A stretch of DNA of 64,000 bases from Desulfatiglandales bacterium (GCA_963662465.1 OY759599.1:1600001-1664000); one strand, 5' to 3'. Shown: positions 1 through 9,062, counted from the stretch's first letter. Notes: generated by a model not told the origin, from the letters alone. Program-made: numbers and translations.

Positions 1-362
1 ATATCGCTGTCCCCAACAGAATCAGTTTCATAATAGCACCCTCCCAAATTGGCTTTTTTAAAACGGCTTTCGGCTAAATGGTTGAATTAATCTTGTTTTG
101 CGGCATGCCTCTGTTTTTCAATATTTCCCGCTTCATTATCAGCTTATTAAATAACGTAATAACGTTCAGAAACCCAATCCAGCATGATATCATGTATATT
201 GCAGTTCCTCTACTCCGTGACGCACAAGGGGAATTTCGCTATGTCCGCCACTCATAAAAAAGGCCTTACCAAAGTGCGGAGGAGATTGGCTGGTCGTGAA
301 TTGACGGTCCGTATCTGGCCTTCAAATATGTTGGGTTTCCAATAGAAAACACAAAGTATTGG

Positions 363-770
363 CACCATCAAAAACCTTCAATATGCCTTACTTCTTTGAT
401 GAGAATATCGCCTCGAATTTGAAAAAATTCCAATCTCACCTTAACGCATTTCCTATGTCAAAACCACAAAATATCGTAAAGCTCAAAAAAACTGTGATAT
501 CATAAAATTCAGATGGCTTGAACGAACGTTGTTATCATGCCATCTCTCAGGGCCGGCCGCTCTGGGTATTAATTGAGAAACTTCCAACTATCTTAAACCT
601 CTGAAATTTTGTGATTAACCTTTAATACCTGTACTTTTCGGATACTTGGCGATTGTTGGAGGAATATGTAGGTGTTACGTGATCAAAAAGATGCGGCTCC
701 CACCCTCAGGCCGCCACCCTCCCGATGAGGATATCACAACCGTTCGGTTCTGATAAATCGGTTTTAAAGC
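363..770. repeat. Dispersed non-coding repeat, most complete copy (modules A+B+C)
   Basis: Shares AAATATCGTAAAG, TGATATCAT, TTGAAC(G/A)AACGTTG, ATGCCATCT and ATTGAGAA in the same order and spacing with 3343-3650 and 8031-8177; 572-661 matches 1306-1395 at 83/90 positions. Confidence 0.85.
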
Positions 771-927
771 ATGACTTTGAGATGGCCCTTCCACCAACTT
801 TTTGCCCAACAGACTTATCAGGAAACATGACCAAATATCATGCCGATATCTGAGCTATGGGCTCTTTTCAATAAGAGTTCTCACATTATTGAATTTCTAA
901 TATGTCAAACGTTGAATGCTAAGACAA

Positions 928-1218
928 TTAGCTTGGACCTGAACCCGTTCCGCAACCAGCAGTAACTAATTTGCCGTAGGCGGGGCCGTTTATACAACCA
1001 GTAGAATTCAGGTCGTATGGTAATGTTTGACTAGCACCTGCTCCATCAGTACACCCACGGGGGGTAATTCCGAGCCCAGATGCATCTGCTCCCCACCAAC
1101 ATGTGATACCTCCGACCTCCAGAGCATCATTCCCACCTGTAGCTCCGCTTCCATCTGCACAACACGCACTGCTTGCCATGCTTCCGATATGGCGTAATCG
1201 TGGTTTATCATATTTCAT
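928..1218 (-). CDS. Putative RiPP precursor peptide (SynChlorMet ScmA-like, Cys-x-x-Gly repeats), 96 aa
   Basis: AGGAGG RBS upstream of ATG; N-terminal YDKPRL (YxxPxL-type leader motif); five CxxG units (CADG, CWWG, CTDG, CING, CGTG) in a Gly/Ala/Ser/Thr-rich core. Confidence 0.7.
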   Translation of the reverse strand: MKYDKPRLRHIGSMASSACCADGSGATGGNDALEVGGITCWWGADASGLGITPRGCTDGAGASQTLPYDLNSTGCINGPAYGKLVTAGCGTGSGPS

Positions 1219-1300
1219 TTCGTTTCCTCCTGTTTAGTAAAAAGAACATGCTTAGCATTTTTTTGCATTTCGCGATGTCGGTTCAAATGGCAGAAAAAAA

Positions 1301-1532
1301 GGTATATTGAGAAACTTCCAACTATCTTAAACCCCTAAAATCTTGTGATTAACCTTTAATACCTGTACATTTTGGATACTTGGTGGTTGTTGGAGTAGTC
1401 CCAACCTGATGTGATCAGAAAACTGTCAATTTCATGCACCTTTTAGCCCTCAGTCCGCTCCCATGCCAACGATGATATCACAGGTATTCGACTGCGAAAA
1501 ATCGGCTGAGATATCCATTCCGACCGAACAGC
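1301..1532. repeat. Dispersed non-coding repeat, modules B+C, upstream of the precursor gene
   Basis: 1306-1395 is near-identical to 572-661; 1410-1532 aligns with 5790-5911 (AAAACTGT, CAGTCCG, GATGATATCACA, CATTCCGACCG). Confidence 0.85.
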
Positions 1533-1669
1533 ATCCTGAAATCAACAAAACTGGTGGGGAGGTGGTGACCCCGTGCCAGAAGCCACCTGTGATTGATTTG
1601 ATTGGCGACAGGCCAATCCTGCCGTCAAAAGGACCGTGTAATCCTTAATCGTCCCTCCCCATATTGATT

Positions 1670-3268
1670 TTATGGCTGTATGGTCAGCATTTTCATAGCA
1701 AGCGATCCATCTGTTACTATGGGCGCTTTGATAAAGGTCTTATTTGCACTTTGCACCGAAAACTTGGAATCCCATCCCCCCTCAAGCGTTAAGGTCTTTG
1801 ACAGACCGAGTCGGAATATTTCGTTGTACGTCCCCTCGGCCAACCGTATGGAAGCGGTTGCTGACGCGACATTGATGGCAGCCTGTATAGAGGTGTAGCA
1901 AGGGTCGTTGCCGTCACATGTGTCGTCGGTGTTGTTGACATATACAACTGACGGGGCTGACCCGAGATTAAACGTGATTGTGTGATAGGAGGAATTTCTA
2001 TAATTATTCCCATCTGCATCGATCACATTAACTCTCCATTTATAAGAACTCCCTTTAGGCAGATTTAAGGCTTCATTGGGAGTAAAGGAAGTCGCTGTGC
2101 TTGAAGGAGAGTCGAACCACCGCATTTGTTGAGTGTTATCGACAATACGAATACTGTAAAGATAGGTTCCATCACCAGCATCCCCTTGGACTCTTGACCA
2201 GCTGAATGTAGGTTTGTCTGTATCCAGATAGGCATTGTCTACTGGGATACGGGAGTCTTCCGAAAATTCGGGGATCGGGTTATAGGTGTAGCTTCGGGTG
2301 TCGGAATCAGTCCTCCCTGAACTGTCTTTGATTTCGACTGTATATGTTCCACTTGGAATTGACGCTGGCGGGTCAAACGATGTGACGTTTGCATTATAAG
2401 CCGGGAAAGTGAATTGATAGTAGCGCCCATTAAGGTCGTAGACGACATTATCGGGGCCGGTGAATCGAAAATAGTCGATATCCCAAGGTGCGACGTTGAT
2501 GGCCCGTGAGTAGATAAAGTTTATCAAATTTGAAGTCGATATTGACAGAATGCCTTTCAGATTTATTTCGGGTGCGGCCTTTGTGCCGGTGTAAAAAAGA
2601 GCTTCGCTTTCACGACAGTTCTGGCCGACGATATCCCACACACGCGCCTTATAACGGTAAGCAGTGTCAGCTTGCAGCATTTCTTTAGAAAACGTGAACG
2701 AAGGGATCGTCATAAAGGGGCTGCTGTACCAGATGGCCTTTCCGTCATAGTCTCGGATTTGTGCCTGGTAGCAATAGTTCCCTGTAACCGGGGAAAAGCT
2801 GAAGGTAGGGGTGGGGGTAGTTGATACCGCATAGGTTTTGTCTGCCGGAACTAGAGACGTTGCCGTCGGGATACTGTCATTATAGGTGAACTCCCGAACC
2901 ACCGAGGCGGTTCGACCAATGCTGTCTGTAACCGTCAAGGTATAGCTGCCGTTGTTCAGAACGCCGGGCTCCACATGCGCGTAATAAAGTCCATATTGCT
3001 GAAAAGATTGTCGGGAGGTCAGATTATAAGGACCGGATGGCCCGGTTGCCATAAAAGAGGCCACATCGACCGGTGATGGGCCGCTGATGATTGCAAAAAA
3101 AATGGTTGTGATCGAATCGTCCGCTGCGTGAAAAGAGAAAACCTTTGCGTCTTGGAATTGCGGCGCTGGATAGGCGTACACCTTGGTTATACTCAACGAA
3201 AAGATTGCAAGAGAAAGCAGAACAATGAATCTTCCGTTTTTTTTAACTCTGGTAACCATGAATTTCAT
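1670..3268 (-). CDS. Secreted beta-sandwich repeat protein with internal duplication and a C-terminal DUF1565-like domain
   Basis: Start moved to ATG 3268 (AGGAGG RBS); signal peptide ending VYA; two repeats (TGP..GxYT..DS.GRT..TYN and PTFS.S.V.G..W..SP..FT); C-terminus CDGNDPCYTSIQAAI..EGTYNE..TLEGGWD. Confidence 0.75.
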   Translation of the reverse strand: MKFMVTRVKKNGRFIVLLSLAIFSLSITKVYAYPAPQFQDAKVFSFHAADDSITTIFFAIISGPSPVDVASFMATGPSGPYNLTSRQSFQQYGLYYAHVEPGVLNNGSYTLTVTDSIGRTASVVREFTYNDSIPTATSLVPADKTYAVSTTPTPTFSFSPVTGNYCYQAQIRDYDGKAIWYSSPFMTIPSFTFSKEMLQADTAYRYKARVWDIVGQNCRESEALFYTGTKAAPEINLKGILSISTSNLINFIYSRAINVAPWDIDYFRFTGPDNVVYDLNGRYYQFTFPAYNANVTSFDPPASIPSGTYTVEIKDSSGRTDSDTRSYTYNPIPEFSEDSRIPVDNAYLDTDKPTFSWSRVQGDAGDGTYLYSIRIVDNTQQMRWFDSPSSTATSFTPNEALNLPKGSSYKWRVNVIDADGNNYRNSSYHTITFNLGSAPSVVYVNNTDDTCDGNDPCYTSIQAAINVASATASIRLAEGTYNEIFRLGLSKTLTLEGGWDSKFSVQSANKTFIKAPIVTDGSLAMKMLTIQP

Positions 3269-3342
3269 TTTTTCCCTCCTGAAGTAGTACGTTGATGTTA
3301 AAACCATCAGTGACATATCTAATTGATATGCAGATGAATTCA

Positions 3343-3650
3343 TACTATCAAAAAGCGGTGATAAGCCTTGCGTTCTTTGGTAAGAATATTGCCTCCAGTT
3401 TAAAAAATTCCAGCCTCACCTCGATTCATTTCTTATCCCAAAACCCAAATATCGTAAAGAACGGAAAAGCTGTGATATCATCGAATCCGAGGTTTTGAAC
3501 GAACGTTGAGATTGATGCCATCTATCAAGGGTGGTCGCTCTGGGTATATATTGAGAATACATGGAATTCCTTCTTAAGTCAAAAACTTGGTATATCCCTT
3601 AATTACCTGTACATTTTGGATACTTGGCAGTTGTTGGAGGTATTGCCAGT
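3343..3650. repeat. Dispersed non-coding repeat, modules A+B
   Basis: Collinear with 363-662, including TACCTGTACATTTTGGATACTTGG and TTGTTGGAG. Confidence 0.85.
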
Positions 3651-3840
3651 TTCTCCAAAAATATGGGAACCACAATATATGGTATGACCGTCCAATATTG
3701 GAAAAGCGTTGTTGTCGGGTTTGAGAACTGCTTAGTGAAACCAGGACTTACTCTCCCACAACGGAAGGCTGCCAGAGGTATTGTTCTGTGGCCTAAAAAT
3801 TTCTTGACTGAAGTTCAATATTTTGATGCCAGGCAACCAT

Positions 3841-3864
3841 GTCCGTAATTCCCCCTTTACGGAC
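3841..3864. terminator. Hairpin downstream of the caspase gene, possible terminator
   Basis: GTCCGTAA-8nt-TTACGGAC perfect 8-bp stem; no clear U-tract. Confidence 0.3.
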
Positions 3865-3934
3865 ATTAAAACTGTTTTCCATGACTTTCCCCTGTATCCC
3901 TTCTGTCAAATGATCAAAACGTCAAATAACCCAA

Positions 3935-5245
3935 TTATCTATCGCCCCGGGAACGCACTGCAAACGCCCTGCCGGCGTCGGTATTGCTGCGGTTGTTCCA
4001 AAGCCTGCTGCCGTGGTAGAAGAGGAAGATATTGGCCTTGGAAGAACCCCTCGTATCGCCTGACCAAACCCACCAACCGGTGGTCTTCAACAAATGCGTC
4101 ATATTCCGGTCCCCTTTTCTCTTTTCATAGAGGGTGTTCAACTCATCCGTCGTTGGCATCCGCCAGTCACCGCCTAGACTCTGAACCCACGATCGAGCTT
4201 CATTCCAATTCGTATTTTTGTCCGGTCCCACCTTCCATTCAAGTCCGGTGCGGGTATCCTTGACGTTGCCGTTGGCATAGGCTACATAAATTCCATCACG
4301 GTTGATTACGTTGGGGGTGGACGATGTTGGGCGGGAAGAGGACGGCTTTGAAGGGACACTTGCTACCTCGATCCTCTGGTTTTGGGACTCTGTCTGTCTT
4401 CTTTCAAATTCCGCCTTCGCCTGTTCAAACTCCCGGCGCTCTTGTTCCAATCTGGCTTGCTCTTCCTTGAAGCGGTTATCAGTCCCTTGTTTGGTAAAAT
4501 AGAAATTTCCCCTTAGTGATGTTGATTCCCATGGTATCTGTTTGTTCCCTGAACTGTTCATTACCATTGAACGTACACCTTGGAACATCTCTATTATCGT
4601 AATATTGGGAGTAGTAATGTGCTGTAACAACGCAGATGTGTATGGACTGTTATCACCTCTACCATCCAGCGCCGTCTTCCCAGGAGCGGTTGAGTATGCT
4701 ATCAGCGACCCTGACGGAGCGTTCATAAAGGCCAGACCTGACCCCTGGGAGCCTCGCCTCCAACTCCGTTCAAAAGGGTTGTCACGACAAGCATCCAGAA
4801 TCACGATATTGGTTCTACTTCCTGCGCTCTCCATTTTTCCCAGCACCCTGTCCGCTCTAACACAATCATACTCAGCATCGTTTGCGCTATCCAGTTTCGC
4901 ATCCACAGGGAGAAGATAATTGTGTCCATTGACCTGGACCCCATGACCGGCGTAGAAGAATAGGCCGACATCTTTATCTTTCAGGTTCTGGCCGAATTTG
5001 TCCATGGATCTTTTCATGGTCTTCTGGGAGCAGTCCTCATATTTCATGACGGTGAAACCCAGGCCCTCCAGTGCCTTCTTAATGGCCCTGACATCGTTGA
5101 CTGGGTTTGGAAGACTGCCACCATGGGTGTAGTGGCTGTTCCCGATCAGCAGGGCGAGGCGTTGTTCTTGTTTGGCCGACAGGTCACCGGCAAACAGCAG
5201 TGAAAGGGCCATCGCACAGATGCATGTGATTAGAAATTTTTTCAT
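3935..5245 (-). CDS. Secreted caspase-family (peptidase C14) protein with a coiled-coil linker and C-terminal DUF1566 (Lcl, C-type-lectin-fold) domain
   Basis: Signal peptide; RLALLIGNSHY, FFYAGHG (His), ILDACRDNPF (Cys); C-terminal VKDTRTGLEW..NWNEA..WRMPTTDEL..WVWS..AFAVRS. Confidence 0.85.
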   Translation of the reverse strand: MKKFLITCICAMALSLLFAGDLSAKQEQRLALLIGNSHYTHGGSLPNPVNDVRAIKKALEGLGFTVMKYEDCSQKTMKRSMDKFGQNLKDKDVGLFFYAGHGVQVNGHNYLLPVDAKLDSANDAEYDCVRADRVLGKMESAGSRTNIVILDACRDNPFERSWRRGSQGSGLAFMNAPSGSLIAYSTAPGKTALDGRGDNSPYTSALLQHITTPNITIIEMFQGVRSMVMNSSGNKQIPWESTSLRGNFYFTKQGTDNRFKEEQARLEQERREFEQAKAEFERRQTESQNQRIEVASVPSKPSSSRPTSSTPNVINRDGIYVAYANGNVKDTRTGLEWKVGPDKNTNWNEARSWVQSLGGDWRMPTTDELNTLYEKRKGDRNMTHLLKTTGWWVWSGDTRGSSKANIFLFYHGSRLWNNRSNTDAGRAFAVRSRGDR

Positions 5246-5620
5246 GGCATACCCATATAAATCCTCAAAATATCCATTGCTTCGGGAGCAATGTTCTTAT
5301 GACGTCTAGTCAGCTTTCCCGTATTCGATTTTTTACTTCCGTTGATATGGCAAAAAGTTTTTTTCTGTGACGAACCAATGTGCGGAGGGTACGATAAATG
5401 CCGGATTGCGCAGGAGAACATTTGCCCCGCCGGTTGAGGAGCAAGGGCTCACTCTCCTCCCCAAAATCTATCCCTCGGAAAGGTACCAGATGTTGTGGTC
5501 AGCTTTTTCATCGCCAACCTGTTATAGATTGAGAGTATATGTAAAAACGAACACCCTAACAACCTTGTGATATCAATTGCATATTTGTAGGCGTCCTCAG
5601 ATTACAGATTCTTAATCGGG

Positions 5621-5740
5621 AGATTTTACCCCCACAACATATAGCGGTCAACCCATTTTCCGCTTATCCGGTCACAGAAAAAGATTACGTGCATTAACCC
5701 TCTTAGCACATCCGCCAAAACCGTGCAAGACTGGCAGATC
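5621..5740. repeat. Dispersed non-coding repeat, module D (copy 1)
   Basis: TTTCCGCTTATCCGGTCACAGAAAA (5657-5681) is identical to 8296-8320; CCACAACATA is also shared. Confidence 0.8.
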
Positions 5741-5766
5741 AATTGTTGAAGTCAAGTCTGAGATAT

Positions 5767-5911
5767 GTTGGAGATATTGCCGGTCTTATGTTATCCAAAA
5801 AACTGTTAATTCCATGCCTCTTTAGAACCCCAGTCCGGTCCCTACCAGTGATGATATCACAACCATTTGGCTGCCAGAAATAGTTTGAGATAACATTCCG
5901 ACCGGAATAGC
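5767..5911. repeat. Dispersed non-coding repeat, end of module B plus module C
   Basis: GTTGGAG followed by alignment to 1410-1532. Confidence 0.7.
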
Positions 5912-6273
5912 GAAATTGAACTTCAAAGAGCACAAAGCATTTTAAGCCAAAATTTGAAGATGGTTTTTATAGCAGATTTCAGCGATTTCCAGATATCACC
6001 TCGGTTTCAAAATACTGCCCGTAAATTCTAACGTTTGGGCTTCTTAAATGACGAAGTCAATATCACTAGCGATTTGAATGCAGAGGGGCTTAGAAAGAGT
6101 CACCCTTCCAGAGCTAGTCATACTCATTCTACTGATATCTCCCTTCGGATTTATAGGCTTGAGAAAGAAAAGATAATCGTGATTTTCCATTTTCAATAAG
6201 ACCTTTATATATCGCTGCCATTTCCCGTTATGCCGAGGAAGGGAGTCATGAAATGAAAGAATCCCCTTTGCTT

Positions 6274-6933
6274 CTACATTGAGTCTTCCTCAGAGTTTTG
6301 GGGCAACAGTTTGGTATACTCCTGATCACTAAACGCACTTTTCCATTCATTCAGGCCCTGCTGAATCAGTCCAAAAACCGCATTATAGCTGATAAAGTCA
6401 TATTTCTTCTGAAGAAAATGAATTGCATCCTTCTTGGGTATTGGTTTTCGATTATTAAGTGGTTGTGAATGTGACGTACCCATGATTAATTCGATATATT
6501 CCCCGAATACACGATCTTTGTTGATTGGCTCTTTGTGTTGCCAGCCGAGCAGCCGTTTTACTTCATTCAGGCCATGCGTTTCATTATCAGCGGCATCAAA
6601 TCTGCGGTGGGCTTCCTTAAAAATGCCAGTTAATCCCTTCAAAGCTATTGCGGTTTCAGTAAGCCTATCACTGCAATTTACCAGCATCTTAAAAACGAGA
6701 AGCAGATCTCCAAGATCTTTTTTTGAAATCTTCAATGCAACGGGGTCTTCAGATGTTTCTGTTACTGCCTCTTTTAGAATCTTATCAACGGAATCTTGCG
6801 TTTCGATTCCACTGACAAGCTTTTCGATCAGATTGGGAATTTCAGATTTTGAAAGAGTTCGGCATTTTTTGCCATTAATAGCCTTTGACATTAGCCTTTC
6901 AAGAAATGAATCCATTTCTACTTTCTCGCTCAA
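6274..6933 (-). CDS. Hypothetical protein (219 aa), possibly of mobile-element origin
   Basis: Long ORF with protein-like composition in an AT-rich region; no recognised motif; start uncertain. Confidence 0.55.
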   Translation of the reverse strand: MSEKVEMDSFLERLMSKAINGKKCRTLSKSEIPNLIEKLVSGIETQDSVDKILKEAVTETSEDPVALKISKKDLGDLLLVFKMLVNCSDRLTETAIALKGLTGIFKEAHRRFDAADNETHGLNEVKRLLGWQHKEPINKDRVFGEYIELIMGTSHSQPLNNRKPIPKKDAIHFLQKKYDFISYNAVFGLIQQGLNEWKSAFSDQEYTKLLPQNSEEDSM

Positions 6934-6989
6934 TGGTTTTTTCTATACTTTTGATGCGTCTTAGAAGCCAGGAAAATGGTGGAACAAAA

Positions 6990-7223
6990 CATGCCTATCC
7001 ATTCAACCAGTTGATGTTTTGGGGTATGATCCTGCGCATGTCAGTTTACCCCCGCCAACTCCGTTGCAGTTTTAGCCCCTTTTCCCTGATGAGACGGTCT
7101 TCACCCGCCATTTGAAGCTATCCGGTAGCCCTTTGGGTGCGGGAATGCCCGTCCTGTGGTCAAGGTCGGTGATCTCTCGTATCCTGCCGAACCAGGTGAA
7201 CCTGTGCTAATCGGATAGGCATG
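6990..7223. other. Candidate structured RNA or miniature element
   Basis: 11-bp perfect inverted repeat CATGCCTATCC (6990-7000) / GGATAGGCATG (7213-7223); nested stems 7118-7129/7206-7218, 7139-7143/7148-7152, 7166-7169/7187-7190 and CAGG-TGAA-CCTG. Confidence 0.4.
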
Positions 7224-7307
7224 GCATGACCAAAATCAACAACAAGATTTAGGTGCCACATCTTAAGAAACAAGTCTTTTGAGATAGTAAACTGTTGTGT
7301 GGAACAT

Positions 7308-7850
7308 TCAACCATCTGATCCCTTCAGTTTTGAAAGCACAATCAATCCGTCTTTCAAATCGATTTTGAACCTATCACCCTCTTCAAATCCACTTTCAAT
7401 CAAATGATTCATTGATATTTGAATGCCGTTGTCTTTGAGCTTAACTGGGGATGTTTCTCTATAAAGTCCCTCAATTTCAATGTATTTCTTGAGCTTATAA
7501 ACCAAAAATGCGTATCTTTCCCGTAGGTTGCTGAGCTTGATACCTGCTTCTTGACAGATCCTTTCAGCACGTTTGTATTTCTGAATTAGAAATAGCAGTT
7601 GTCTGTCAGATTGGGTGAAATCTTCCCCAAATAGCGGACTAGTTTCTTGATTTCCATCGTTAGGGTTTCGTGAATCCGAATTGTAAGTCCTACCCTGGGC
7701 ATTTGAAGCTCCCTCAAAACCTACACTTTCTCCCAATTTCCCGGTTGCATCGCTTTCAGGAACCACCTTCGCTAAGCCCTCATTCCAGTTCCTCAGTGCT
7801 TCCAAATCACTCTCAACAGCAGCTTGTTCTTTCTGATTGACCTTTTCCAT
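7308..7850 (-). CDS. Hypothetical protein with a C-terminal AbrB/SymE-like swapped-hairpin domain
   Basis: GGAGG RBS; C-terminus IQISMNHLIESGFEEGDRFKIDLKDGLIVL resembles the AbrB fold. Confidence 0.55.
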   Translation of the reverse strand: MEKVNQKEQAAVESDLEALRNWNEGLAKVVPESDATGKLGESVGFEGASNAQGRTYNSDSRNPNDGNQETSPLFGEDFTQSDRQLLFLIQKYKRAERICQEAGIKLSNLRERYAFLVYKLKKYIEIEGLYRETSPVKLKDNGIQISMNHLIESGFEEGDRFKIDLKDGLIVLSKLKGSDG

Positions 7851-8030
7851 GTGAAGCCTCCATTAAGGTAACGTACCCATTATCCTCAATTATTAGATAT
7901 TATAATAGAAATTTCAATAGATAAAACCGGTTTCTTCCAAGCTTTTGCGAGTAATGCAAAAAAACCATCCTAGTTTGGGATATTTCCGAAAGGCATGAAA
8001 GCTCAGATTCCGAACCTCAGCCCGAACACA

Positions 8031-8177
8031 TAGCCTGACCTTAACTCATTTCTTACCCCAAAACCCAAAATATCGTAAAGGTCAAAAAAGCTATGATATC
8101 ATCAAATCAGAGGGTTTGAACAAACGTTGAGGTTTATGCCATCTTTGAGGGCCAGTCGCAACATAAATTGAGAATAT
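8031..8177. repeat. Dispersed non-coding repeat, module A (copy 3)
   Basis: Same ordered motifs as 436-579 and 3416-3557. Confidence 0.85.
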
Positions 8178-8259
8178 TCCCAAAAAAACAGTGTCTCTGA
8201 AGTGTTAATATGCCCTTACATATCTGAAATTACCTTCACGTTCCTGGACCTAAACCGTA

Positions 8260-8380
8260 AGATCCTACCACCACAACATATTGTGGACAATTCGGTTTCC
8301 GCTTATCCGGTCACAGAAAAGGAGTACGTACATTAAGTCAGCATCCCACATCCGTATATATTATTCAAGACCGGAATCTC
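8260..8380. repeat. Dispersed non-coding repeat, module D (copy 2), with an NrdR-box-like palindrome
   Basis: CCACAACATATTGTGG at 8271-8286; 25-bp identity with 5657-5681. Confidence 0.8.
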
Positions 8381-8466
8381 TAATATTCACTGTTTGTCCA
8401 TAAAATATATCAGATGGGTGGCATAGGAAGATTTCACTATGGCCACAAGCCGGGACAATTCAGGAA

Positions 8467-8596
8467 GCGCTCGTTCCCACGCACTGCGGGGGAATGAAAA
8501 TGTGACCCGCCGGGGCACAATGAGTTCCTCAGTGACGTTCGTAGTGACGCCGTGAGGCGTTTTCCCCGGCAATGCCCTCACGGGCACACTACAAAC
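8467..8596. repeat. Two REP-like palindromes
   Basis: TTCCCACGCA/TGCGGGGGAA hairpin (8474-8494); GTAG-type inverted repeat GTTCGTAGTGACGCCGTGAGG ... CCTCACGGGCACACTACAAAC (8537-8596). Confidence 0.6.
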
Positions 8597-8754
8597 CTCT
8601 CCCTCAGTCCCGACACAATAATATCCCAAAGGAAACGATAAACCCGCGAACGTCTTCAATTCGGCGGTGCCGGCATCGTCTTGAACCATGATTAAAAAGG
8701 ATGATCGGATTCCTTGATTATGACAAGGTTCATCGATGCGCCGGAGTGGTTTTT

Positions 8755-8925
8755 CTGGGAGGGAGAACAATATGCCCTCCCTTTCCAAACGCAATAGGAG
8801 ACCCCTGCAAACCATGTCCTTGAGATGACCGTTGGGTTGAACCCAGTTCCAACTCCTGCATATTTTTTTGAAAGAGCATACCTCCCATCCTCTGGGTGAT
8901 TTATCCTCAGCTTTCGGATGAAGGA
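8755..8925 (-). pseudogene. N-terminal fragment of a DUF4338 (DruA-like, IS-associated) protein
   Basis: FIRKLRINHPEDGRYALSKK / frameshift in a T run / ICRSWNWVQPNGHLKDMVCRGLLLRLEREG. Confidence 0.65.
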
Positions 8926-9062
8926 AAAAATGATACTGACGATCTTTTTGTTCAAAAATAGGTAGAAAGAACTCTTGGCATGGCGGCGGGTATCACCGAC
9001 CATGTATGGACTTTTAGAGAACTATTAACCGCTAAATTTTGCAATGATCCTTAATCAAAGTA

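Noticed and set aside
535..545. Conserved TGGCAT (minus strand) in module A as a sigma-54 promoter
   Set aside because: No TTGC -12 element at the required spacing in any copy
582..661. TTCCAAC...GTTGGAG in module B as an integron attC site
   Set aside because: Deviates from RYYYAAC/GTTRRRY, lacks complementary L boxes, and no integrase is seen
1008..1211. Alternative 67-aa ORF overlapping the CxxG peptide
   Set aside because: No suitably spaced RBS and no motif; the 928-1218 frame has AGGAGG and patterned Cys/Gly content
3935..4085. Complete DGR within the window
   Set aside because: No template repeat, reverse transcriptase or avd gene found
7086..7117. CTGATGAG as a hammerhead ribozyme core
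   Set aside because: No stem II closed by GAAA and no matching stems I/III
363..8380. Island repeats as a CRISPR array
   Set aside because: The units are long, degenerate and kilobases apart, with no repeat-spacer periodicity or cas genes
8387..9003. 142-aa and 103-aa ORFs as genes
   Set aside because: They are chimeric read-throughs of a DUF4338 fragment and REP sequences
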